DNA from: Microcoleus sp.
Lineage (GTDB): Bacteria > Cyanobacteriota > Cyanobacteriia > Cyanobacteriales > Microcoleaceae
DNA: 64,000 nt
Direction of reading: 5' to 3'
Assembly (NCBI GenBank): GCA_052279835.1
Contig: CP181291.1
Span: forward strand, 3,072,001-3,136,000
Position numbers and translations under genes: made by a program. The notes beneath the pieces were generated by a model. It saw only the letters and a program-made list of their open reading frames with translations, was not told the DNA's origin and ran no database searches. Within the stretch, counting starts at the first letter, position 1, and every line of letters starts with the position of its first letter. Below, piece after piece: positions 41,867 to 52,023 of the stretch.

Positions 41867-42526
41867 TCAATCATTTTCCTCGGTAGGTGCGTTGGGTAAT
41901 TGGGTATCTATGTAAGCCTGAGTCACGTCAGGAACAAACCAATTTACATCTCCCGGCTTGAAAACTTTAGCAGTAGGAACGTTAAATTCAATAGCAGCAG
42001 TCTGGGGATTAGCTGTCGCTACAAATTGAGTTCCGTCAACTATTTTAACAGCTACGCCGCCGGTCAATGCTTGTGCAACTTTATCGACCACACTTAAATC
42101 GGTGGCTTGGACATCGCTGGGTAGATAAATGCCATCACAATCCCATTTGTGTTCTGTTGTTTGGCCAGCCCCCAGAAAATAAAGAGTATTCTCATAATCA
42201 GAAGTTGCTTTTTTAGGTTTTGGTCCGTAAACTGCGAGGGTTTTTCCTGTATTGTTGCGACATTGACCCCAACTCTTGCCTGTTTCTAAAGTATATTTTT
42301 GAAACTCCAACTGAGCTATTTTTTTCTGAAGTTCTTCCGGCGTGTAATTCTGATTTGATTCGGTGGATTTTTGCGCCTCTAACAGAGTGTTAAGAGTTTG
42401 ATTTACCTCTATGTAGTCGGGATTGCTCGTGTATTTAGGCTTGTCTGAGCCAGCCAGAGAGGCGGGAGCAAAAACTAAATTTGCCGCCAGGACTAAAACT
42501 ACTAAAACAATTTTCAATAACTTCAC
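41867..42526 (-). CDS. Secreted hypothetical protein
   Basis: Signal peptide; WGQC and WDCDG Cys pair. Confidence 0.78.
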   Translation of the reverse strand: MKLLKIVLVVLVLAANLVFAPASLAGSDKPKYTSNPDYIEVNQTLNTLLEAQKSTESNQNYTPEELQKKIAQLEFQKYTLETGKSWGQCRNNTGKTLAVYGPKPKKATSDYENTLYFLGAGQTTEHKWDCDGIYLPSDVQATDLSVVDKVAQALTGGVAVKIVDGTQFVATANPQTAAIEFNVPTAKVFKPGDVNWFVPDVTQAYIDTQLPNAPTEEND

Positions 42527-42715
42527 GATTTTTCTCCTTTGGTATGTGCTTTTGTGATAGTCCTATTCCATGATTATGGTAAGGTTAATGTTGAGATAAA
42601 CCACGACGTAAAATTACGTTTTATTTTATCATTTTTGTCTCTATTGTCAAGTTCAAATTGCATAATTTTTAACAATATTTGTTGCAAATTTGATTCACAA
42701 CTTGAGAATAAATAT

Positions 42716-43378
42716 CTATCTGTAGGGGGAGAGTGGCAGTAGGCGATAAGTACCGCTCTCTATCAGAATGAATAGCCCCAAGCATATCAAAATAAAAGGG
42801 ACGAGGGCCTGAGTATACCGAGTTAAAATGTTGGCGATCGCCCTTTGGCGAGTTAGTCGATAAGCTACATAACACCAAACTGCGATCGACACATAGAACA
42901 CCGCCAGAATTACCGCCAAACTCGGTAAGTTGCTGCTAGCAAACAACGGTAAATAAATCCCAATATTGTCACCGCCATTGGCAATGGTGACAGCAGCAAC
43001 ATTAAAAACTTGAGGGTTTAAAAGATGGGCTAGTTTTGATAGTAAAGATGAATTAGATTCGCGGTTAAATTCACCGGATACGGCTTGTACTTCATCGGGT
43101 TCTTTGTCTTTATTTACCAAATGGCTGATGCCGATCGCGATCGGCACAAAACCCAGCAAACCGATAATAGCTTTTGGTACGATTAATCCACCAAAAAAAC
43201 CGGGTAAACTCGCTCCAATCAAGGCTGTAAACCCCAGATACTGACCGACAACGATATGCCGGGGCCGGAAACTAGCATTTACCTGGGCGAAGAACAGCAT
43301 CAAAATCACAATGTCATCGATGTTGGTGGCGGCAAAAGATGTAACTCCGGTAAGAATCGCTGCGGCAAACCAACTCAT
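42716..43378 (-). CDS. CadD-like transporter (LysE superfamily)
   Basis: FAATNIDD, GQYLGF, TIANGGDNIGIY. Confidence 0.9.
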   Translation of the reverse strand: MSWFAAAILTGVTSFAATNIDDIVILMLFFAQVNASFRPRHIVVGQYLGFTALIGASLPGFFGGLIVPKAIIGLLGFVPIAIGISHLVNKDKEPDEVQAVSGEFNRESNSSLLSKLAHLLNPQVFNVAAVTIANGGDNIGIYLPLFASSNLPSLAVILAVFYVSIAVWCYVAYRLTRQRAIANILTRYTQALVPFILICLGLFILIESGTYRLLPLSPYR

Positions 43379-43396
43379 AACGATGTCCCTTTAATT

Positions 43397-44101
43397 TTAT
43401 TCAACTTCAGGTTCGCCACCGTTATTTCTGCTGAGAGTTATCAAACAGAAACAGCAAGCAACTAAAGTTATTATACTTAAAGTTGGACTTGCCAGAGTTC
43501 CACTTTGGACTAGAATCACAATTCCCAATCCAATCAATACCACAGGAACGAGATGATTGCCGTAGCGAGTCAGAGAATCGGCGATCGCCCTCATCTGAAT
43601 TAATCGATAAGCAGCATAGCACCAAACCCCAACCAGGGTAAAAAATACAGCCAGAATCACCACCAGATTCTCTAAGGTACTGCTAGCAAACAGTGGCACG
43701 TAGATGCTGATATTGTCACTGCCATTAGCCACCGTCACCGCGGCTACGCTGTAAGTTTGGGGAGACAGAAAACTGCTAAAAGCCGATGGTTCGGACTGCT
43801 GTGCTTCCGCTGCTTCAGAGTCATCTGTATCCGCATTCAAGAAGCGACCGAGCCCAATGGCGATCGGCAAAATCCCAAGCATTCCAATCCATTCTGGGGG
43901 AAATACTAAGCGACCAAAAAAACCGGGAAGGCTAGCAAAAACCAGTGCAGCAAATCCTAAATACTGACCAGCAATAATGTGCCGTCGCCGGAATGCAGCA
44001 TTTACTTGGGAGAAGAATAGCAGCAGGATGACAATATCGTCTAGGTTGGTAGCTGTGAAAGCTGTGAAACCAGTGAAAATTGCTGTTAGTAATTCGTTCA
44101 T
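43397..44101 (-). CDS. CadD-like transporter (paralog)
   Basis: FTATNLDD, GQYLGF, TVANGSDNISIY. Confidence 0.9.
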   Translation of the reverse strand: MNELLTAIFTGFTAFTATNLDDIVILLLFFSQVNAAFRRRHIIAGQYLGFAALVFASLPGFFGRLVFPPEWIGMLGILPIAIGLGRFLNADTDDSEAAEAQQSEPSAFSSFLSPQTYSVAAVTVANGSDNISIYVPLFASSTLENLVVILAVFFTLVGVWCYAAYRLIQMRAIADSLTRYGNHLVPVVLIGLGIVILVQSGTLASPTLSIITLVACCFCLITLSRNNGGEPEVE

Positions 44102-44226
44102 TTTTTTTGTCAAATTTAGATTTTTATTTGTTGTAGTATCGGAAAAAAATGTTTCCTGTTGGTAGTCGGTACTTTAGTCCATGATTTTTTTTAAGGCATA
44201 AAGTCCTGACTAATAACTGGTAACTG

Positions 44227-45747
44227 CTAATCAAAACTATCACTGTCAATGGGGAGTGGATTCAACTTAGAACTGCCGTAAATAGCATTTCCTTCGCTGT
44301 CGAATTTGGAGTGAATTGCATCCACTCTATGCCGCATCGATCCCGCCAGTTCAGGAGAACGCAGCCGCTGCAACACAAACCATCCGCAAGTAGCAACTAA
44401 GTACATCAAGAACAAGTAAGGAAACTTATCATAAGGAGCTTCTGGAGGTGGGAACATAGTGCTACCGGGAATGCCAACACTCCCCACTACAGGAATCATC
44501 ATAAAGGCGATCGCTACGACTGAAAATACGATATCTTGCAGGCGCAATTTACCAATTTTGTGCAGGTAAACTGGTGCGGCGATCGAAATTAAGACGTAAA
44601 CCGTTAAAAATCCATAGCTACAAATTGCTCCTAAATAACCCATGCAATCAAACAGTTTGATATTAAACAAAGACATTACAGCCGGAACCAAAAATGTCAT
44701 AAACGTACACATCGTCACAGCAACGTGGGGAGTTCTGTTAGAGGAATGAGCCCTACCTAATGAAGAGTGAAATAAACCGTGGCGCGCCATCATAAAAAAG
44801 ACTCTAGCCGCTGGATTTATACTGCCAAGTACGCAAGCAAAAAAGCTAAATAAAGCACCAAAACCGACAAACTCACCCAGCCAACCCATGCCTACCTGTT
44901 GCGACAGAAAACTCAAAGGTTCTTCAGTATTAGTAATTGACTGTCCAGTGCCGCTAAAACCCAGCACTTCAATGTAGGTCATCATAATGAAAAATAGACC
45001 AGCCATCACCGCACTGCCCATCACAGCTTTGGGGATATTTTTTAAGGGTTTTTTTGCTTCATCGCCCAGAGATGTAGCGCTTTCAAAACCTGAAAAACCA
45101 AACATTACTAATACCAGTCCTGTCGCTATGCTGCCAGGAGTTACGCCTTGCAAATTTAATTGCGACATATCTAAAGCAAAACCTTTGTGCGCCCAGATGA
45201 TGATTCCTAAAACTGAAATCATGGCAATAGAAACCCCCTCCAACCATAGCATCGCCATAGCTGAAAGCTGGATATCTTTATAACCGGCATACCAAGCAAT
45301 ACCTGCGCCGATCGCCAATAGTGTAATCGGTGATGGATGGATGCCCAAATGACCGATAAAAGTACCGCTAAAGTTGGCAAAACCGCACAAAACGGCCATT
45401 GCCGTAAATAAATAAGCCAGCACCAAACTCCAGCCACAAATTACGCCAGCGGTAGAGCCAAGACCTTTAACAATGTAAGCATAAAGAGAACCGGGAGAAG
45501 CCGATCGACTCGCAAATTGGTTGATATTGATACTCACAAATACTAGGCCGATCAAGCCGATCGCAAAACTCAACCAAGCACCGTTTCCTGAGAGCGCCAC
45601 GATCAAGCCGATGTTGGATGCTGGTATAGTGGTAGGTGCGATGACAGCAAAGGATTGAGCTAAAACTTCCCCAAAAGAAAGGCAATTTGGCTTTAAGCCG
45701 TGGGCACTCCTATTTGTTGGTGTTTTTGTTTGTGTGGTTGCGGTCAT
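44227..45747 (-). CDS. APC family amino-acid permease
   Basis: SPGSLYAY, GFSGFES, ARVFFMMAR; about 12 TM segments. Confidence 0.9.
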   Translation of the reverse strand: MTATTQTKTPTNRSAHGLKPNCLSFGEVLAQSFAVIAPTTIPASNIGLIVALSGNGAWLSFAIGLIGLVFVSININQFASRSASPGSLYAYIVKGLGSTAGVICGWSLVLAYLFTAMAVLCGFANFSGTFIGHLGIHPSPITLLAIGAGIAWYAGYKDIQLSAMAMLWLEGVSIAMISVLGIIIWAHKGFALDMSQLNLQGVTPGSIATGLVLVMFGFSGFESATSLGDEAKKPLKNIPKAVMGSAVMAGLFFIMMTYIEVLGFSGTGQSITNTEEPLSFLSQQVGMGWLGEFVGFGALFSFFACVLGSINPAARVFFMMARHGLFHSSLGRAHSSNRTPHVAVTMCTFMTFLVPAVMSLFNIKLFDCMGYLGAICSYGFLTVYVLISIAAPVYLHKIGKLRLQDIVFSVVAIAFMMIPVVGSVGIPGSTMFPPPEAPYDKFPYLFLMYLVATCGWFVLQRLRSPELAGSMRHRVDAIHSKFDSEGNAIYGSSKLNPLPIDSDSFD

Positions 45748-46127
45748 ACAGAATCTCCGTTATTTGTCAAGCCGAGCGCGCTCGGCTTGAACTTGTTGTT
45801 TCTGTCTTAGGATCGGGTTTATTGCCAAAGACTAGACTTTACTTTAAGCAGTTTGGTACATAAAATCAAATGTTGTTTTTTATGGAATTAATAAATACAA
45901 GTGATGAACAACACTCTAGGAAAATACATTTGGCATCCCCAAAAAACGGAACATAAATGCTGAAAGTATTGCTGCTAAAGGAAAAATATAAATAACGGTT
46001 GTCAACCGTTATTTGCCTGATTTTCAAGTTGTACAATCTAAGCGATCGAGTTGTTGCCGGTCAAAATTTAGCGGCAATATATTTTTGTTTAAAACTTTAA
46101 CTGTATTTGGCATCATAGTACCGAAAA

Positions 46128-47069
46128 ATGGCCGGAATGACCCTTGACCAACTGCGAGTTTTTCTAGCTGTAGCGGAACACCTGCACTTCAGCCGTGCCG
46201 CAGAGGAACTTTACATTACCCAACCCGCTGTCAGCGCCGCCATCCAATGTTTAGAGGTGCAATATGGAGTCAAACTATTTCACCGGATTGGCCGCCGCAT
46301 CGAAATCACAGAAGCTGGGAAATTGCTGCAAGTAGAAACACAGAAAATTCTCGACCAAGTTGCTTTGACTGAGAGAGGATTGCGAGAATTAAATGACTTG
46401 CAGCGAGGAGAATTTAATTTGGGATCGAGTCTGACAATTGGTAACTACTGGTTGCCAGAAAAACTTTGCTATTTTAAACAAAAGTACCCCGGTATTACCG
46501 TGAATTGCACCCTCGCCCATGCAGATGAGATTTGCACGGGAACAGCCACAGGAATTTTTGATTTAGGTTTGGTGACGGGAGACATTAAACCCGCGCTTCA
46601 GATTAGCTTAGAAGCAGAAGTTGTAGGTAGCGAGCGCTTGCTAATTGTGGTTGGCAAATCCCACCCTTGGTTTGATCGAACCGAAATTAGCTTAACTGAA
46701 ATTGGGGCAACGGGTTGGGTGATGCGAGAACCAGGTTCGGGAACTCAGCAAATGTTTGAACAAGCTTTACAAAGTTGGGGGATAAATCCTACTGAATTGA
46801 ATGTCATTTTAGTTTTGAACAGTAGCGAAATGGTAAAAGCTGTGGTTGAAAGTGGTGCTGGTGCAGCGGCAATTCCTGAATTAATGGTAAACAAAGAACT
46901 AGAACTTGGCACACTACGTTCGCTAAAAATTCAAGGTTTTCAGGAAAATTTTCACTCTAGTAGGGAAATAGTTCAACCTGTTTTAAAACTGAAGCACAAA
47001 CAACGTTTTCAAACGGGAATCAGTAAAGCATTTGAACAGATATTAACTCAATTTTCTAGTAATTGGTAA
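46128..47069 (+). CDS. LysR family transcriptional regulator
   Basis: HFSRAAEELYITQPAVS, REPGSGT; divergent from the permease. Confidence 0.95.
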   Translation: MAGMTLDQLRVFLAVAEHLHFSRAAEELYITQPAVSAAIQCLEVQYGVKLFHRIGRRIEITEAGKLLQVETQKILDQVALTERGLRELNDLQRGEFNLGSSLTIGNYWLPEKLCYFKQKYPGITVNCTLAHADEICTGTATGIFDLGLVTGDIKPALQISLEAEVVGSERLLIVVGKSHPWFDRTEISLTEIGATGWVMREPGSGTQQMFEQALQSWGINPTELNVILVLNSSEMVKAVVESGAGAAAIPELMVNKELELGTLRSLKIQGFQENFHSSREIVQPVLKLKHKQRFQTGISKAFEQILTQFSSNW

Positions 47070-47112
47070 TGGGTAATTGGGAATGGGTAATTGGGAATGG
47101 GGCATTGGTAAT
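47061..47112. repeat. Heptamer tandem repeats
   Basis: AATTGGG/AATGGGT-type units between convergent genes. Confidence 0.7.
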
Positions 47113-47119
47113 GTGTGAT

Positions 47120-47980
47120 TTAATTAGCACTATTGAATAGTTTTTTCACATCCAAGATATTTTTACCACCATCACCAACTATCAGTGGCAATTTTCCATT
47201 CCATTTCTCGATAGCTTGTCTTGACAAAATTTCCGCAGTCAAATTGTCGCGCAACAATCTTTCTACTTCTGCCTCTCCCTTGGCTAAATTCACCTTAGCC
47301 TCTGCCTCTTTTACCGCTTTCAGTGCTAAAAAATCGGCTTTTTTTACTTCCTGTTCGGCAATTTGTTTTGCTTCTACTGCGTCGCTAAATCCAGAAGAAA
47401 AGTGAACCTGTACCAGGGAAATATCATCCACAGCAATGTGATAGTTAGCCAGTCGTTTTGTCAAAAAATCATCTACTCCACCTTTTACTTCTCCTCGCTT
47501 GGTAATAATTTCTTCCGCAGTATACTTAGCCATGACTGCTTTGAGAACTTCTTCAACTGCTGGATTGATAATGCGATCGACTACTTGTGGTTCGTCTCCT
47601 ATTTGTTGAAAAATAGCATTAGCTTCCTCTGGAACTATATGCCAATTGAGCGCCACATCTGTAAAAACATCTTGCAAGTCCTTTGAGGAAGCTTCCGCAG
47701 AAATTTCCTGTTTTTGGACTCTGACACTCAAGTTTTTGACAGTAGAAACAATGGGGACAATCAAGTGAATTCCTTCTCCTAATACCTGTTTTTGTACTTG
47801 ACCAAAGTGCATGAGTACCCCTCGTTCGCCAGCATTGACGATCGCAAAAAACCTCGATAAGATAGTTAGCAGCAAAATCAAAAGAGCGAGCTTGACTGCA
47901 ATGTCCACATCTCTATTAGTTTGATTAGCAGATTTAGTCTTAGGGATTTTACTGCTAGACTCTCCACTGTTAGATGACAT
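47120..47980 (-). CDS. Prohibitin/SPFH domain protein
   Basis: AGERGVL, SKDLQDV, AVEAKQIAEQ, KWNGKLP. Confidence 0.92.
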   Translation of the reverse strand: MSSNSGESSSKIPKTKSANQTNRDVDIAVKLALLILLLTILSRFFAIVNAGERGVLMHFGQVQKQVLGEGIHLIVPIVSTVKNLSVRVQKQEISAEASSKDLQDVFTDVALNWHIVPEEANAIFQQIGDEPQVVDRIINPAVEEVLKAVMAKYTAEEIITKRGEVKGGVDDFLTKRLANYHIAVDDISLVQVHFSSGFSDAVEAKQIAEQEVKKADFLALKAVKEAEAKVNLAKGEAEVERLLRDNLTAEILSRQAIEKWNGKLPLIVGDGGKNILDVKKLFNSAN

Positions 47981-47991
47981 ATTCCTCGTCT

Positions 47992-48219
47992 CTATAGGGA
48001 TTCAAAAGTAGCAGTAAAACCATCTAAGGTAAAACATTCTTCCATAAAATCCTCTGCGTCATTGACGTTTTCAATTTGATATTCCATGATGCGTTGGCCG
48101 TCACCTTTCATTTTTTTTGAAGAAAGAGGTGTTCCCGGATATTTTTCGGCGATCGCCTTGAATGCCTTAGAATGGATATCCCAGCTTGCTGCTGAGCAGT
48201 TGATGCTTACACGCCACAT
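47992..48219 (-). CDS. Small hypothetical protein
   Basis: 75-aa ATG ORF with an aggaa RBS-like sequence. Confidence 0.65.
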   Translation of the reverse strand: MWRVSINCSAASWDIHSKAFKAIAEKYPGTPLSSKKMKGDGQRIMEYQIENVNDAEDFMEECFTLDGFTATFESL

Positions 48220-48402
48220 AATTAAATTCCTGGTTGGATTCGATTTGCCAATAGTCTGAAACTTATTGTGCCACGATTGGGTAAATCGCAGGCGCGCTCA
48301 GATATTATTAATAATCTTGTGGTTGGGGAGGGAGCCATCATGCTCCATCGCCTTCAGGGATGTTTATCATAATATAAATTACAATAACGTGTCTTGGAAT
48401 TG

Positions 48403-48891
48403 ATGAAATACAACATCATCCCCTATAACCCGAAACTTAAGGAACTTGCCCGCCAGCTTCGCAACAATATGACTCCAGGCGAAATCAGTCTTTGGAAATA
48501 CGTCAAAGGCAAGCAAATGATGGGCTATGACTTCGATCGCCAACGGCCTATCGATGAATTTATTGTAGACTTTTATTGCAAACAATTAATGCTGGCGATC
48601 GAGATTGATGGATATTCTCATGACAGTGAGGAAGCACAAAAGCGCGATCGAGAACGACAAGCTCGCTTAGAATCGCTAGGCGTGAGATTTTTACGGTTTA
48701 CAGAAGAGGATGCAAAGCATCATGTTGAAGGTGTTTTAGACGTGATTCAGGCTTGGATTTTGCAGAATGGGTACACCCCAATCCCGCTCAAAAGCCGAGG
48801 GACACACCCCCAGCCCCTCTCAAGAGGGGAGCAAGAGGCAGTTCCCCGATTAGGAGGAGGTAGATCCAGTTCCCCTCCAGGGAGGGGTTAG
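48403..48891 (+). CDS. DUF559 (Vsr-like) endonuclease domain protein
   Basis: ARQLRNNMT, RQRPIDEFIVDFYC, IEIDGYSH, LRF. Confidence 0.9.
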   Translation: MKYNIIPYNPKLKELARQLRNNMTPGEISLWKYVKGKQMMGYDFDRQRPIDEFIVDFYCKQLMLAIEIDGYSHDSEEAQKRDRERQARLESLGVRFLRFTEEDAKHHVEGVLDVIQAWILQNGYTPIPLKSRGTHPQPLSRGEQEAVPRLGGGRSSSPPGRG

Positions 48892-49073
48892 GGGTGGGTT
48901 CCCCGATGAGGAGGAGGTAGATCCAGCCCCCCTCAAGAAGACACACCCCCAGCCCCTCTCAAGAGGGGAGCCAGAGCCAGTTCCCCGATGAGGAGGAGGT
49001 AGATTAGATCCAGTTCCCCTCCAGGGAGGGGTTAGGGGTGGGTCCCCTCCAGGGAGGGGTTAGGGGTGGGTTC
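48770..49073. repeat. Cluster of CCCCTC...GAGGGG palindromic repeats
   Basis: cacacccccagcccctctcaagaggggag x2; cccctccagggaggggttaggggtgggt x3; ccccgat.aggaggaggtaga x3. Confidence 0.85.
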
Positions 49074-50600
49074 CTACTTCAACAGTGTGGAAAAATCAAG
49101 AGATTCTGTTGTTTGGAAAAAAACTAAAAGCCGATCGACTATGCGATGGACACCACCTTTGACATTAGACTCAACATTCAAAGGCATCACCGGATCGTGG
49201 AGGGATAAACGTAACAGAAACCAGCCAGATTCGTCAGGTGAGGTGCAGGAAATCCGCAATCCTTCATAGTTATTGGGAACGATTTTCCAGTCGGCTTGAG
49301 TTGATGCAAATTCTTGCAGTTGTTCAATAACGCGATCGCCCAGAGCCCTAAAATCATCCACACTAATTTTAATCCGAAACTCCGCACTTTCTTCAGGCTC
49401 TTGCAAATTCGTAATTAAATCTGGCAATGACTTATTTGCCAGTTGTGATTTAGCCAATTCAATCAATAATTTACTAACCAAATAAGCACCATCATCCAGA
49501 AAATAATTTTCCTTCAAAGCTCCATGGCCAGAAGTTTCAATAGCCAGCCAAGATTCCTGTCCGCTTTGATTGAGACGAATCGACTCATCAATCACATTTT
49601 TGTAGCCTCGTTTAAAGCGATGGTGAATTCCCTTTAAATCCTGTTCGATGAATTGCGTTAAGCCATCGGAAGTAATGGAATCGGTGACAACGGTGGAACC
49701 AGGGTGTTCTTGTAAGACGATCGCCGAAATCAAGGCAATTAAGCGATTGCGATTGAGTTCCTTGCCGGCTCCATCGACGGCCGCACTGCGATCGACATCC
49801 GTATCAAAAATAATCCCAAAATCAGCTTGATTAGCAATTACCGCTTGACAAATTGACTGCATTGCCTGTTTATCTTCAGGATTTGGCACATGATTGGGAA
49901 AAGTGCCATCCGGTTCCAGAAACTGACTCCCTGTGGTATCAGCACCTAAAGGTTTTAAAACTTTCTCCACATAAAATCCACCCGCACCATTACCCGCATC
50001 CACAACAATTTTTAAACCCTTTAATGGCTGCTGAAAATTATCGGGATGATTAACTGCTTCGCGAATCTTAGTCACAAACTGGTTGGCGTAAACAGATATA
50101 AAATCATGTTTTTCAATGCTACCTGGAACAATGGCTAGTTTAAAATTATTACTTTCAGCTAATGCTAAGATATCTGTAATATCTTTTTTTTGTAAACCCC
50201 CATTGGCGGTAAAAAACTTTAAACCGTTGCGATTAAAAGGCAAATGGCTAGCCGTGAGCATAATTGCCCCCTCGCAATCAAAACCAGGAGTAATGGTACT
50301 CATAAACATCGCCGGAGTTGATGCCATGTCAAAATCGTATACTTGGCTACCAACAGATGTGATTCCTGCCATGACTGCTGACATTAAACTGGGCCCGGAT
50401 AGGCGGCTGTCGCGCCCGATCGCGATCGTTAACTTTTCCGCAGGTTTATGGACTTTTCCCACCAGCCAATTAGCAAATGCTTGACCCAAAATTGTGGCAA
50501 TTTCCGGTGTGAGGTTAACTTTTTCCTCGGCAACCCCTTCGAGAGCGATACCGCGAATATCTGAGCCATTTTGGAGTTTTTTCCAGTTATAGTTTTGCAT
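49074..50600 (-). CDS. Phosphomannomutase/phosphoglucomutase
   Basis: LTASHLP, FDTDVDR, IETSGHG. Confidence 0.93.
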   Translation of the reverse strand: MQNYNWKKLQNGSDIRGIALEGVAEEKVNLTPEIATILGQAFANWLVGKVHKPAEKLTIAIGRDSRLSGPSLMSAVMAGITSVGSQVYDFDMASTPAMFMSTITPGFDCEGAIMLTASHLPFNRNGLKFFTANGGLQKKDITDILALAESNNFKLAIVPGSIEKHDFISVYANQFVTKIREAVNHPDNFQQPLKGLKIVVDAGNGAGGFYVEKVLKPLGADTTGSQFLEPDGTFPNHVPNPEDKQAMQSICQAVIANQADFGIIFDTDVDRSAAVDGAGKELNRNRLIALISAIVLQEHPGSTVVTDSITSDGLTQFIEQDLKGIHHRFKRGYKNVIDESIRLNQSGQESWLAIETSGHGALKENYFLDDGAYLVSKLLIELAKSQLANKSLPDLITNLQEPEESAEFRIKISVDDFRALGDRVIEQLQEFASTQADWKIVPNNYEGLRISCTSPDESGWFLLRLSLHDPVMPLNVESNVKGGVHRIVDRLLVFFQTTESLDFSTLLK

Positions 50601-50849
50601 AATCATTCATGGTAATATCTACGATACCTCAGTTTACAGCAGGTTGAAATTAAATACTGTTACATTTGTTGCGATCGCCATTATGATAGCCGAAACAATC
50701 AGTCACAAATAATTATTCATCTCTCTCTTATCTTCCTCTGCGTTCTCTGCGCCCTCAGCGGTTAAATCTTAGACATTACGGTGACAGAGTTTTTCAATTC
50801 AATAGTGAAAATAATAGCCCCATCACCGCTGAGATTAACCTCTCATTTC

Positions 50850-51755
50850 TTAATTACGCTCAACGCTGTAAATTGCAGCCAATCGAAACTCACCATCAGC
50901 AGGAACTTCGACAATATCCGTCGCCGCATTGGTCGTTTCCACGCAGATTAAACGCTGATAATCGCTATCATCAAGGTCTGCCATGTTTGCAGAGATTGTC
51001 ACCCAGGGATTCCACACGACGGCGGATTTACTACCAGAGGATTTAATGCGGATACGGCGATTCAGGGAGCTATCATCAATGACTAATTCATTGGTAACAT
51101 CGAGATAAATGCGATCGACTTCACCAGTTGCTACCACTCCACCCACTTGAGTTTTTTCCACACCACCATCGGCTTTATCAAGATACTGGGTATTTTCCAA
51201 TCCCAAAACCTGCACGAGGTTGATATCTCCTACTTGGAAATAGGTGTGGAAAGCTTGGCTGAGGGGAAAAACTTTATCACCTAAATTGCGGGTAATTAAT
51301 TCTACCGTGAGAGTGGTGCTGACCGTAATGGCGATCGTCAATTCAAAGGCTTGGGGCCACATCGCCCTCGTTTCCTCAGTATCCTTAAGCCCCAAAATCA
51401 CTTGAGTTGAGCCCTCTGGAGTAGTGCTGGTGGCTACCACATTCCAGAGGCGATTCCGCACAAACCCGTGGGCTGGACGCCCCAAACCTTCGGGATCGGG
51501 GCCAAACCAAGGCCAACAGATAGGTACACCGCCTTTGATGGCTTTCCCTTCCGCATAGTAGGCTTTTTCGCTGAGGAACATCACATCGACGGTTTCGGTG
51601 GCTGGTTGGAAGGAGAGCACTTGGCCAGAATACACAGAAATCAAGGCTTTGGCTTGGCCATTGTCGATGTGAATCATCGGAAAACCACCATTTCCGGTGG
51701 CAAAAGTGAGGTGGCCGGCAATGCCATAGTCGGTGTTTAATTGGTCAATACTCAT
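50850..51755 (-). CDS. D-hexose-6-phosphate mutarotase (aldose epimerase family)
   Basis: AIKGGVPICWPWFG, HGFVRN, AFHTYF, VVWNPW, ICVET. Confidence 0.92.
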   Translation of the reverse strand: MSIDQLNTDYGIAGHLTFATGNGGFPMIHIDNGQAKALISVYSGQVLSFQPATETVDVMFLSEKAYYAEGKAIKGGVPICWPWFGPDPEGLGRPAHGFVRNRLWNVVATSTTPEGSTQVILGLKDTEETRAMWPQAFELTIAITVSTTLTVELITRNLGDKVFPLSQAFHTYFQVGDINLVQVLGLENTQYLDKADGGVEKTQVGGVVATGEVDRIYLDVTNELVIDDSSLNRRIRIKSSGSKSAVVWNPWVTISANMADLDDSDYQRLICVETTNAATDIVEVPADGEFRLAAIYSVERN

Positions 51756-51932
51756 GCTGTTGGCCTGGTTAACTGCTTCACAATTATCTCAGGACTTTAG
51801 TATTATTGAACCGCGAAGACGCGAAGGACACGAAGTAGCTTTGTAGGGTGCGTCGCCGCCGGATATTCAATGGAAATTGCTGATTGTAGAAAGCGACGCA
51901 CCTTTATCCTTGACTCATCCTGTGAATAAGTT

Positions 51933-52023
51933 GCCTAACAGCTTGGGCTTCAGCGGACGGACTTGCACTTTGTATCATAACTGATAGTGTAAAGATCGGT
52001 TCTGCTACAAGCCTTGGTTAGCT
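51933..52023 (-). other. Integron attC-like recombination site
   Basis: Minus strand: AGCTAAC...GGCTTGTAGCAGA...TCCGCTGAAGCC...GTTAGGC; 91-bp imperfect palindrome overlapping the stop of the upstream gene. Confidence 0.6.

Noticed and set aside
48770..49073. Possible CRISPR array next to a nuclease
   Set aside because: Irregular units with repeated linkers; no constant repeat/unique spacer pattern.
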